32,000 nt of DNA from Dickeya dadantii NCPPB 898 (GTDB lineage: Bacteria > Pseudomonadota > Gammaproteobacteria > Enterobacterales > Enterobacteriaceae), in NCBI RefSeq assembly GCF_000406145.1, contig NZ_CM001976.1, forward strand, positions 2,141,443 through 2,173,442. The letters are read 5' to 3'. The notes beneath the pieces are model-generated. The model had not been told where the DNA came from. It did no database searches and saw only the letters and a program-made list of their open reading frames with translations. The position numbers and the translations under genes were made by a program. Within the stretch, counting starts at the first letter, position 1; each line of letters begins with the position of its first letter. Below are positions 13,446 to 25,177 of the stretch, piece by piece.

Positions 13446-13473
13446 TTAACCAGCTGTAACGCCTTTTTCATAG

Positions 13474-13501
13474 ATAGCACCCTGCCGGGTGCTATTTTTT
13501 G
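13474..13501 (+). terminator. Rho-independent terminator of ihfB
   Basis: ATAGCACCC-tgcc-GGGTGCTAT forms a perfect 9-bp stem and is followed by TTTTTT. Confidence 0.85.
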
Positions 13502-13807
13502 TCACAACAATGTGTTATCGATCATTTCCCCACGGCTTCTTGCCTGACGTACTTTTCATTGATGCGCTTTTTCTGTCCGGCCCACATGTTTCCCCTATAC
13601 GGCGATACATAAAAAAGAATAATTTAATCATTAAGCCTGATCTAGGCGTGGTATGTGCACAGTCGGGTGACTATATAAAAAATCATTAAATATCAATAAT
13701 AAATTTCTATAAAAGTTATGAGCTGATTTCCCAACTTGAATAATTCTGCATTGTAGACCAGCTTTATATTGGTTTTTCTGAATAATTCATCGTTGAAAGG
13801 AAATTTT

Positions 13808-15703
13808 ATGACGCACGCATGCAATCATTCTGACAGTATTACCTGTTCCTGCTGTAGCCCGTTATGGAAGTCTTTCATTCCGAATGTCACCATTAATATC
13901 TCCAATGATATCAAAAAAATAAATACAGAAACGCTCATCTTCCGTGTCGCAACGGATGCTAATGGCCCCTCGGGGGGAACCATTTTGACGCTGGAGAATG
14001 GTCAGAACGCGTCAGTCGAGGCGATGGGTATTCAGGACGGTTCGATTGTTGCTACCGGATCATATGATTATGTCAAAACGCAGATGCCGCCCGGTACGCA
14101 GGAACGCATACTGTCTGGCAGCCAGACCCTCATTCCCGGCTTGATTGAACCCCACGTGCACATCATTCCTACTGCGGTTCTGGATCTGGCAACGAACGTT
14201 AGCCCATTTATCGGTCAAAATTTGCGTTCTCAGGTGGCGCAGACGCCGGAAGAGCAATACACCAGGCAATGGGTGACGTCACAGTTGAAGGGTGTCATGG
14301 AAAGCGGCCCGTATATGGGGGGATGGGTTATTGGTCATAACGTCGATCCTTCCCTTTTCCTTGGCGACGAAAAGGCATTCGATGCCACTATTCTTGATCA
14401 AGAAATAGGGACGGATAAGCCGGTTTTTATCATGAATGCGTCGATGCATCTTGCCTATATTAACAACCATGCGATTACGATCGTGCAGCAATACTATGAA
14501 GACAAAGGCCAACCGATCACTATCAGCCCAGATGGTATTCTAGCTGAAATAGCAGGCATTACTCCCGTTATCGCGGTTATTGCCAGTAGTCAGAACCCGT
14601 TGACCTTTCCCTTCCAGTTAAATCAATCCATTGACAATATATTCACGCAGGCCAGTCAGCGAGGCGTGACCTATTTATTTGATGCGGGAATTGAACCCTG
14701 GGATGGAAAGTCTCTGCTCAACCAGCCGTTATTGCTGAAGCTAAAAGCACGCGCCAGCCGTTGCCCCATCAGAATTGGCGGCGCACTGGTCGTGACCAGT
14801 CCCGATGATTTCAAAAATAAAATCAATAATCGATACCTCCCCAATACCGGCGATAATCGCTTTAACCTGCCATGTATCAAGGTGGTTTCCGATGGGTCGA
14901 ATCAGGGATTGACCGGATATCAACTGCAACCTTATTGCTGCGATAATAATTATGAAAAAACGGCATCGGAGCAGAATATCGGCGTATTCAATTTTGATTA
15001 CCCGACGACATTTAATTCTCTGGTGAGTGAAGCGGTTCAATATCATTGGCCGTTGATGATCCATGCCAATGGCGGACAGGCTATTGACCGTACCCTGTTG
15101 GCCTTCAAGCAGGCGGGGGTAACGCAGAGCACGTATAACGAGCGGCGAGACCGCATGGAACATGCCTCTCTGCTTTCCAACCAAAATCTTGATGAGATGA
15201 AAGCGCTGGGTATTTCTCCCAGCTTTCTAATCGGCCATGTCGGGTATTGGGGATGGGTATTCCAGCAAACTATTCTTGGCGAATCGCGCACCGAGTTGCT
15301 TGACCGGTGCCAGTCCGCGTTAAAACAAGGCATGAGAATTACCCTGCATAGCGACAACAGCGTGACCCCGCTGGGGCCTTTGCGCATGATGGAGCAGGCG
15401 ATTTCCCGTGTGATGGAGGGCGCGCCGGCTAATTGTGACTCGCCCGTGCTGAATGAGCAGGAATCCATTTCCCGGTTCGACGCGCTAAAAGCCATGACCT
15501 ATGACGCAGCCTGGCAATGTCATGCTGAGCAATGGATTGGGTCGCTGACTGCCGGGAAATGCGCTGATTTTGTCATTCTGGCCGACTCCCCGATCACTTA
15601 TCAGAGCACCGATAAAAATAACCCTGTGGCGGGAATGCGTGATATTCCGGTACTGGAAACCTGGAAAGGCGGCTGGCAGGCGTATCTACAATCAGTGCAA
15701 TAA
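13808..15703 (+). CDS. Amidohydrolase-3 family metal-dependent hydrolase (YtcJ-like) with a Cys-rich N-terminal extension
   Basis: I chose the ATG at 13808 (631 aa) because an AAGGA RBS lies 7 nt upstream; the track ORF starts at a TTG at 13769. Family motifs are present in order: PGLIEPHVHI (HxH metal site), IKVVSDGS, MIHANGGQAIDR, RMEHASLL, TLHSDNSVTP and GKCADFVIL. The N-terminus is MTHACNHSDSITCSCCSPLW. The gene is AT-richer than its flanks. Confidence 0.85.
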   Translation: MTHACNHSDSITCSCCSPLWKSFIPNVTINISNDIKKINTETLIFRVATDANGPSGGTILTLENGQNASVEAMGIQDGSIVATGSYDYVKTQMPPGTQERILSGSQTLIPGLIEPHVHIIPTAVLDLATNVSPFIGQNLRSQVAQTPEEQYTRQWVTSQLKGVMESGPYMGGWVIGHNVDPSLFLGDEKAFDATILDQEIGTDKPVFIMNASMHLAYINNHAITIVQQYYEDKGQPITISPDGILAEIAGITPVIAVIASSQNPLTFPFQLNQSIDNIFTQASQRGVTYLFDAGIEPWDGKSLLNQPLLLKLKARASRCPIRIGGALVVTSPDDFKNKINNRYLPNTGDNRFNLPCIKVVSDGSNQGLTGYQLQPYCCDNNYEKTASEQNIGVFNFDYPTTFNSLVSEAVQYHWPLMIHANGGQAIDRTLLAFKQAGVTQSTYNERRDRMEHASLLSNQNLDEMKALGISPSFLIGHVGYWGWVFQQTILGESRTELLDRCQSALKQGMRITLHSDNSVTPLGPLRMMEQAISRVMEGAPANCDSPVLNEQESISRFDALKAMTYDAAWQCHAEQWIGSLTAGKCADFVILADSPITYQSTDKNNPVAGMRDIPVLETWKGGWQAYLQSVQ

Positions 15704-15722
15704 CCCCAGACCTTTGCTGTAC

Positions 15723-15753
15723 ATTCAGCTACAGGTCATTCCTGTAGCTGAAT
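15723..15753. terminator. Shared hairpin between convergent genes (13-bp perfect stem)
   Basis: ATTCAGCTACAGG-tcatt-CCTGTAGCTGAAT lies between the amidohydrolase stop (15703) and the stop of the minus-strand 211-aa gene (15839). There is no U tract on either side. Confidence 0.5.
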
Positions 15754-15838
15754 ACGTAATCATTGATGCCGTTTACGCTCCGAGGATAAATACCGCAACG
15801 TTTCTTCGGCAGTAAACCGACGACACACTGGTTCGGGA

Positions 15839-16474
15839 CTATTTCGCCAGAAACACGTAGGCGAGAATGGGCTCTATTTTTTGAGGAGAGCGCAGCCAGG
15901 TGTTGAAAACGTTACCTAGGCCCTTTTGCTTATATTCGGCATCGCAACTGCCCGATGTTCCTTTTCCCCCGAGCCCAAAGGTGCCGCCGCCTTCCGCTTT
16001 GATTTGGCAGTGATGCTTACTGTTGAATTCACTGTAAAGCCAGCCTGGTTCTATCGTACTGAATTGAATCATGACACCGGGTTTTTCGATGGTCAGATAT
16101 TTAGCTGCGTAAGTATATTCCGGTGTAATGCCGCAAAAGCTGTCCTGTTGCACGCAGGGTAGGGTTGTATATTTATTGGCGTCGAAAGTTTTGTATTCGG
16201 CAAATTGCATACCTCGATACCAGTACATCGCTTTGGCCGCATTCTCATCGGTAGCGCGAACTTTGGGATTAACAAGGATAAGCTTGTTCGGCGTTTCAGT
16301 TTGAAGCTGTAGGCCGCCATTCTGGTACATGCTCAGTACCCGCGTATTATCCAGTCCGTTCTTTTTTATCAGGCTTTCCACTTTTGCGTCCGCCGCTGAT
16401 GCACCCTGGCTAATCAGGGACACCAGCACAGCACCTAACATCGTGAGTTTGTAGCCTCGTATTTTTTGTCGCAT
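15839..16474 (-). CDS. Secreted protein of unknown function (Sec signal peptide, four Cys, Gly-rich loop)
   Basis: A 211-aa ORF with an AAGGAA RBS 8-9 nt upstream. The N-terminus MRQKIRGYKLTMLGAVLVSLISQGASA|ADAK has a basic n-region, a hydrophobic core and an AxA cleavage site. The mature part has Cys at residues 107, 114, 156 and 177 and a KAEGGGTFGLGGKGTSGS loop. I recognise no family. Confidence 0.7.
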   Translation of the reverse strand: MRQKIRGYKLTMLGAVLVSLISQGASAADAKVESLIKKNGLDNTRVLSMYQNGGLQLQTETPNKLILVNPKVRATDENAAKAMYWYRGMQFAEYKTFDANKYTTLPCVQQDSFCGITPEYTYAAKYLTIEKPGVMIQFSTIEPGWLYSEFNSKHHCQIKAEGGGTFGLGGKGTSGSCDAEYKQKGLGNVFNTWLRSPQKIEPILAYVFLAK

Positions 16475-16669
16475 ATCGTTTTCCTTGCTGGGTGAAATGG
16501 CCGTATTTTGCGATGCATTTCCGTCTCACAAGAGTGGGCCAGGTTGACTGCGGTAGCGAAATTCTTCTGCGTCCGCAGTTGCTGTAAGCGAATGAAAGTT
16601 TAATCAACGCGACACACGCAGACGCGGTTAAACCGGCCGAATATTTTGCCAGGGATGGGAAAGAATGGG

Positions 16670-16713
16670 GAAAGGGGGAAACGCTTCACCGGCGGGAGAT
16701 TGCTGGTGAAGCG
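16670..16713 (-). terminator. Putative terminator of the his operon
   Basis: The minus strand reads CGCTTCACC-agcaatctcccgcc-GGTGAAGCG followed by TTTCCCCCTTTCC. The structure starts 10 nt after the hisI stop. Confidence 0.55.
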
Positions 16714-16722
16714 GATGACGCA

Positions 16723-17330
16723 TTAGCGGTTATGACGCTCTTTCAGACGCTGAATGATCGTACCCAGATCCAGCTCCTGATCCTGCAGCAGTACCAGCAG
16801 GTGATAGACTAGATCGGACGCTTCATTGGTCAATTCTTCGCGGTCGTGCACGGTGGCAGCCAGCGCGGTTTCCAGACCCTCTTCGCCGACCTTCTGGGCG
16901 ATGCGCTTGGTGCCACTGGCGTACAGCTTGGCGGTGTAGGAGCTTGCCGGGTCGGCGTGCTTACGCTCTGCCAGAAGTTGCTCCAACTGGTACAAAAACT
17001 GCCACTGCGTTTGTGCCGGGTGGAAACAGCTGTTGTTGCCGAGATGGCAGGTCGGGCCAATCGGGTTGACCAGAATCAGCAGCGTGTCGTTGTCGCAATC
17101 CGGCGTAATCGATACCACGTTGAGAAAGTGGCCGGAGGATTCGCCTTTGGTCCATAGCCGCTGTTTGGTGCGCGAATAGAACGTGACCTTACCGGTTTCT
17201 TCCGTAGCCTGTAACGCGTCCTGATTCATGTAGCCCAGCATCAGCACTTCGCCGGAAACCGCATGTTGTACGATGGCGGGCATCATGCCATCGGTTTTTT
17301 GCCAGTCGAGCTGGTTTCGTTGTTGTTCGG

Positions 17331-17337
<7 letters not shown>
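16723..17337 (-). CDS. hisI: Bifunctional phosphoribosyl-AMP cyclohydrolase / phosphoribosyl-ATP pyrophosphatase
   Basis: A 204-aa ORF starting [25 protein letters not shown]. It is the last gene of the his operon and overlaps hisF by 7 nt. Confidence 0.96.
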
Positions 17338-18832
<1,495 letters not shown>

Positions 18833-19426
18833 TTACATCTCCAGAAAATTCTTCAGTAGCTGGGCGCCTGCCGCGCCGGAGCGTTCCGGATGGAACTGGA
18901 CGCCATAGAAGTTATCCTTCTGCACCGCGGCGGTAAAGGCGTCGCCATAGTGGCACTGGGCGATGGTATTGGCGCAGACCGGCATGGCGTAGCTGTGCAC
19001 GAAGTAAAAGTATGACCCATCCGGAATATCGCGAAACAGACGGTGACCGGCCTGCGGCGTCACCTGGTTCCAGCCCATGTGCGGCAACGGCAAGCCGCGG
19101 TCGGCCATTTGCATCACCGGCGTGTCGATGATGCCCAGCGTATCCACGCCGCCATTTTCATCGCTGCGGCTGCCCAATAATTGCATGCCAAGGCAGATGC
19201 CCAGCACCGGTTGGGTACAGGCTTTAACCAGATCGATCAACTGGCGCTCGTCCAGTTGATCCATTGCTGCCTGCGCGGTGCCGACGCCCGGCAGAAACAG
19301 TTTATCGGCGTGCAACACCACCTCTGGTTCGCGGCTGACCAGCGGGTCATACCCCAGCCGTTTAACCGCGTACATCACCGAAGAGAGGTTGGCGCAACCG
19401 GTGTCCAGAATCACCACGTTCATCAC
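18833..19426 (-). CDS. hisH: Imidazole glycerol phosphate synthase glutaminase subunit
   Basis: A 197-aa ORF with the class-I glutamine amidotransferase motif GICLGMQLL. It overlaps hisB by 4 nt. Confidence 0.96.
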   Translation of the reverse strand: MMNVVILDTGCANLSSVMYAVKRLGYDPLVSREPEVVLHADKLFLPGVGTAQAAMDQLDERQLIDLVKACTQPVLGICLGMQLLGSRSDENGGVDTLGIIDTPVMQMADRGLPLPHMGWNQVTPQAGHRLFRDIPDGSYFYFVHSYAMPVCANTIAQCHYGDAFTAAVQKDNFYGVQFHPERSGAAGAQLLKNFLEM

Positions 19427-20490
19427 AGCACTCCTTTGGAGCTGGGCAGAGTATCGCCCTCCACCCGGATGGCCTGACGCAGCGCGCGGCCAAACACCTT
19501 AAACAGGCTTTCGACGCGATGATGGTCGTTGCGGCCCTTGGTTTTCAGGTGCAGGGTGCAGCCCATGGCGTAGGAGAGGGAACGGAAGAAGTGTTCCACC
19601 ATTTCGGTGCTGAGATCGCCGACGCGCTGATAGCTGAACTCCGCTTTGTATTCCAGATGCGGGCGGCCGGAAATATCGAGCGCGCAGCGCGCCAGACATT
19701 CATCCATCGGCAGTACAAAGCCGAAACGGCCGATACCGCGTTTGTCGCCCAGCGCGTTGTTCAGTGCCTCGCCCAGCGCCAGCCCGGTATCTTCCACCGT
19801 GTGGTGATCGTCGATGTACAGATCGCCTTTGACATCGATATTCATGCGGAAACCGCCGTGGGTGGCAATCTGATCCAGCATGTGGTCGAAGAAGCCGACG
19901 CCGGTGTGGATCTTGCTGCCGCCTTCGCGGTCCAGCCAGACGTTAACATCAATCGCGGTTTCACGGGTGACGCGGTTGACGTGGGCGTGACGGTCGCGTT
20001 TGGTCAACTGGGCGGTAATCGCCCGCCAGTTAAGACCATCACGCTGATAGCGCAGGCCGGTGATGCCCATGTTCTGCGCCAGTTGGACGTCGGTCTCGCG
20101 GTCGCCAATCACGTAGCTGTTGGCGCTGTCCATCACGTTGTCTTGCAGGAACGCATCTACCAGCGCGGTTTTCGGTTTGCGGCAGTCGCAGTTGTCGCCG
20201 GGGAAGTGCGGGCAAATCAACACGCGCTCGAAACGCACGCCCTGCGAGGTGAAAATCTGCATCATCAGGTTGTGCGGCGGATCGAAATCCGCCTGCGGGA
20301 AACTGCTGGTGCCCAGGCCGTCCTGATTAGTGATCATCACCAGTTTGAAACCGGCCTTTTGCAGGGAAAGCAGCGACGGAATGACATCCGGCTCCAGCGC
20401 CAGCTTGTCCAGCCGGTCGACCTGAAAGTCCTCGGGCGGTTCGGCAATCAGCGTGCCGTCACGGTCGATGAAAAGATACTTTAATCCCAC
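19423..20490 (-). CDS. hisB: Bifunctional histidinol-phosphatase / imidazoleglycerol-phosphate dehydratase
   Basis: A 355-aa ORF. It has the N-terminal HAD motif FIDRDGTLI and the C-terminal IGPD motifs (…DDHHTVED…, …[10 protein letters not shown]…). Confidence 0.96.
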   Translation of the reverse strand: MGLKYLFIDRDGTLIAEPPEDFQVDRLDKLALEPDVIPSLLSLQKAGFKLVMITNQDGLGTSSFPQADFDPPHNLMMQIFTSQGVRFERVLICPHFPGDNCDCRKPKTALVDAFLQDNVMDSANSYVIGDRETDVQLAQNMGITGLRYQRDGLNWRAITAQLTKRDRHAHVNRVTRETAIDVNVWLDREGGSKIHTGVGFFDHMLDQIATHGGFRMNIDVKGDLYIDDHHTVEDTGLALGEALNNALGDKRGIGRFGFVLPMDECLARCALDISGRPHLEYKAEFSYQRVGDLSTEMVEHFFRSLSYAMGCTLHLKTKGRNDHHRVESLFKVFGRALRQAIRVEGDTLPSSKGVL

Positions 20491-20504
20491 GGTGATTCCT
20501 CAAA

Positions 20505-22882
<2,378 letters not shown>

Positions 22883-22886
22883 GGCA

Positions 22887-23786
22887 TTACTCCATCATCT
22901 TCTCAATCGGCAACACCAGAATAGAGCTGGCACCCAGCACTTTCAGCTTTTCCATGGTTTCCCAGAACAGGGTTTCGCTGCTGACCATGTGCATGGCGAC
23001 GCGGTTCTGAGCGCCAGCCAGCGGCAGAATAGTGGGGCGTTCGGCGCCTGGCAACAGCGCAATGATTTCATCCAGACGCTCGCTGGGCGCGTGCAGCATG
23101 ATGTACTTGGATTCGCGCGCCTGAATCACGCCCTGCATACGGGTCAACAGTTTGTCGATCAGCTGTTGTTTCTCGGCCGGCATCTCGCCGTCGCGCTGAA
23201 TCAGGCTGGCTTTGGAGCGGTAAATCACTTCGACTTCGCGCAGGCCGTTGGCTTCCAGCGTCGCGCCGGTGGAAACCAGATCGCAGATGGCGTCGGCCAG
23301 ACCGGCGCGCGGGGCCACTTCCACCGAGCCATTGAGCAGACAGGATTTGAAATTGACGCCTTGCTTATCGAGATACTGCTTGAGCAGGTGCGGGTAGGAG
23401 GTGGCGATACGTTTGTTTTGCAGACATTGCGGGCCGGTGTACTCCTCGTCAAGCGGCATCGCCAGCGACAGGCGGCATCCGCCGAAATCCAGACGGCGCA
23501 GCGTGAAATAGCGCGGGTCTTCGCCTTGTGCGCGGCGGTTGAGCAACTCTTCTTCCAGCACGTTTTCGCCGATGATACCCAAATCCACCACGCCATCCAT
23601 CACCAGGCCCGGAATATCGTCATCGCGTACGCGCAGAATGTCGATAGGCATGTTTTCAGCAAACGCGATCAGGCGCTGCTGCTGCAGATTGATTTTGATG
23701 CCGCAGCGGGCCAGCAGTTCCCGGGAGTCGTCGCTCAGGCGGCCTGATTTCTGCATCGCGATACGTAAACGTGTTTTATCCAGCAT
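22887..23786 (-). CDS. hisG: ATP phosphoribosyltransferase (long form)
   Basis: A 299-aa ORF starting [32 protein letters not shown]. It is the first structural gene after the leader. Confidence 0.96.
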   Translation of the reverse strand: MLDKTRLRIAMQKSGRLSDDSRELLARCGIKINLQQQRLIAFAENMPIDILRVRDDDIPGLVMDGVVDLGIIGENVLEEELLNRRAQGEDPRYFTLRRLDFGGCRLSLAMPLDEEYTGPQCLQNKRIATSYPHLLKQYLDKQGVNFKSCLLNGSVEVAPRAGLADAICDLVSTGATLEANGLREVEVIYRSKASLIQRDGEMPAEKQQLIDKLLTRMQGVIQARESKYIMLHAPSERLDEIIALLPGAERPTILPLAGAQNRVAMHMVSSETLFWETMEKLKVLGASSILVLPIEKMME

Positions 23787-23848
23787 GTGAACCTCAATTT
23801 ATCCTGTCTGTGATGCCTGTTAAGCAGGCTTTTTTAAAAAATTCCGGC

Positions 23849-23885
23849 CAAAAAAAAGCCCCCGGAATCAATCTTCCGGGGGCTT
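23849..23885 (-). terminator. his attenuator terminator
   Basis: The minus strand reads AGCCCCCGGAA-gattga-TTCCGGGGGCT followed by TTTTTTTT, between hisL and hisG. A further 8-bp hairpin upstream, CTGGAAGA/TCTTCCAG (23906-23929), could supply alternative pairings. Confidence 0.9.
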
Positions 23886-23947
23886 TTCTTACGCGCCTAC
23901 CGCCACTGGAAGATCTGAACGTCTTCCAGCACCTATCGCCTGAAAGA

Positions 23948-23995
23948 CTAGTCAGGGTGATGGTGATGATGGTGGTTGAAGTTAACGCGTAACAT
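23948..23995 (-). CDS. hisL: his operon leader peptide
   Basis: Not in the ORF track because it is too short. The minus strand reads ATG TTA CGC GTT AAC TTC AAC CAC CAT CAT CAC CAT CAC CCT GAC TAG, which translates to MLRVNFNHHHHHHPD with six consecutive His codons. E. coli HisL is MTRVQFKHHHHHHHPD. Confidence 0.92.
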   Translation of the reverse strand: MLRVNFNHHHHHHPD

Positions 23996-24042
23996 TAATT
24001 CGTCTCTTTGTCGTCAAAGTAGAGTGATGTTGTCTGTTGGTT

Positions 24043-24072
24043 AACCTAAACCATGTTGATGTGATAGCGCAA
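24043..24072 (-). promoter_or_regulatory. Putative his promoter
   Basis: On the minus strand there is a -35-like TTGCGC (24067-24072), an 18-bp spacer and a -10-like TAGGTT (24043-24048). An A7 tract just upstream is UP-element-like. The position, about 50 nt upstream of hisL, is appropriate. Confidence 0.4.
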
Positions 24073-24208
24073 CATTTTTTTACCCACCGTGTACAAATCA
24101 TGTTGTATACAAATCACATTGCCGCCAGATGGGCGATAAGGGTACATAATGAAAAACGCGGAATATTCATCCGGGGAACAGAAATGCCGGGAGGTCGGGA
24201 GAACGACG

Positions 24209-25030
24209 ATGAAAAAGGTAGCGATAATCGGACTTGGCTGGCTGGGTATGCCGCTGGCGCTGGCGTTGCAGAGCCGAGGGTATCAGGTGGTGGGCAGCAA
24301 GAGCACCGAGGACGGCGTGACGGCGGCGCGGTTGTCCGGCGTGGAGTGCTATCGGTTGTGCCTGACGCCGGAGCTGGAGTGCGAGCCGGACGAACTGGAC
24401 ATACTGCTGAAGGTGGACGCGCTGATTGTCACCCTACCACCGGGGCGTCTGGAGCGGGCTGGCGGCGCTTATCTGCAGGCGGTGCAGCAGGTGGTCAACA
24501 GCGCGCTGGCGCTGGGGGTGCCGCGCATTCTGTACACCAGTTCCATCTCAGTCTACGGACCGCTTAGCGGCCGGGTGAAAGAAAACAGTCCGTTACAGCC
24601 GGAAACCGGTACGGGCAAGGTCTTGCTGGCGCTGGAGCAGTGGCTGCATGCGCTGCCTCATACCGAGGTGGATATTTTGCGGCTGGCCGGGCTGGTGGGG
24701 AACAATCGCCATCCGGGGCGTTTTCTGGCTGGGCGGCGCGATCTGCCGGATGGCAGTCACGGCGTGAATCTGGTTCATCTGGAGGACGTGATCGGCGCTA
24801 TTACGCTGTTGCTGCAGCGTCCGCACGGCGGGCATCTCTACAACCTGTGCGCGCCGGCGCATCCGGCTAAACAGGATTTCTATCCGGCGCAGGCGCGCCT
24901 GATGGGGCTGGAGCCACCACGGTTTTTGCCGGGCGACCCGGCGCAGGCTAGATTAATTGATGGGCAGCGGATCTGCAGCGAACTGGGGTTTGAGTACCAG
25001 CACCCGGACCCCATGACGATGGTGTTTTAA
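24209..25030 (+). CDS. yeeZ: NAD(P)-binding Rossmann-fold protein, YeeZ-like (epimerase/dehydratase superfamily)
   Basis: I trimmed the 293-aa track ORF to the ATG at 24209 (273 aa), which has a GGGAG RBS 7 nt upstream. The product MKKVAIIGLGWLGMPLALALQSRGYQVVGSK... is collinear with E. coli YeeZ as I recall it. It is divergent from hisL, as in E. coli. Confidence 0.85.
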   Translation: MKKVAIIGLGWLGMPLALALQSRGYQVVGSKSTEDGVTAARLSGVECYRLCLTPELECEPDELDILLKVDALIVTLPPGRLERAGGAYLQAVQQVVNSALALGVPRILYTSSISVYGPLSGRVKENSPLQPETGTGKVLLALEQWLHALPHTEVDILRLAGLVGNNRHPGRFLAGRRDLPDGSHGVNLVHLEDVIGAITLLLQRPHGGHLYNLCAPAHPAKQDFYPAQARLMGLEPPRFLPGDPAQARLIDGQRICSELGFEYQHPDPMTMVF

Positions 25031-25090
25031 GCCGGGATGGCGGTTGTTCTCTTATTAACATCCGCCATTTCTACTGTTCGAGGTGTAGGT

Positions 25091-25121
25091 AAAAAAAGCG
25101 GCCCGCCAGGAGCGGACCGCT
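25091..25121 (-). terminator. Rho-independent terminator of the chemoreceptor gene
   Basis: The minus strand carries a 10-bp stem (AGCGGTCCGC/GCGGGCCGCT, one mismatch) followed by TTTTTTT, 57 nt after the MCP stop. Confidence 0.7.
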
Positions 25122-25177
25122 TGTCAGGATAACGTCGGAACGATCACGTCGGTTAGATCATGAGCGGTCCAGTGCGA

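Noticed and set aside
13522-13587. A minus-strand 21-aa ORF (MWAGQKKRINEKYVRQEAVGK) preceded by AGGGGA.
   Set aside because: The SD-to-ATG spacing is only about 3 nt. There is no promoter or terminator context and the peptide has no recognisable family. It is most likely chance in AT-rich DNA.
15839-16474. The possibility that the 211-aa secreted protein is an R-S-E type ADP-ribosyltransferase toxin (WYRG at residues 85-88, FSTI at 138-141).
   Set aside because: No ExE or QxE catalytic motif follows at an appropriate distance; the only acidic residues after the S-T are E142, E149 and E161, and none sits in an ExE or QxE context. The motif spacing also does not fit known mARTs. The resemblance rests on two short, common tri- and tetrapeptides.
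13446-16722. The AT-rich insert considered as a classical mobile element or genomic island.
   Set aside because: No integrase, transposase, inverted terminal repeats, tRNA or tmRNA attachment site, or flanking direct repeats are visible. I report it only as a compositionally atypical insert at a synteny junction.
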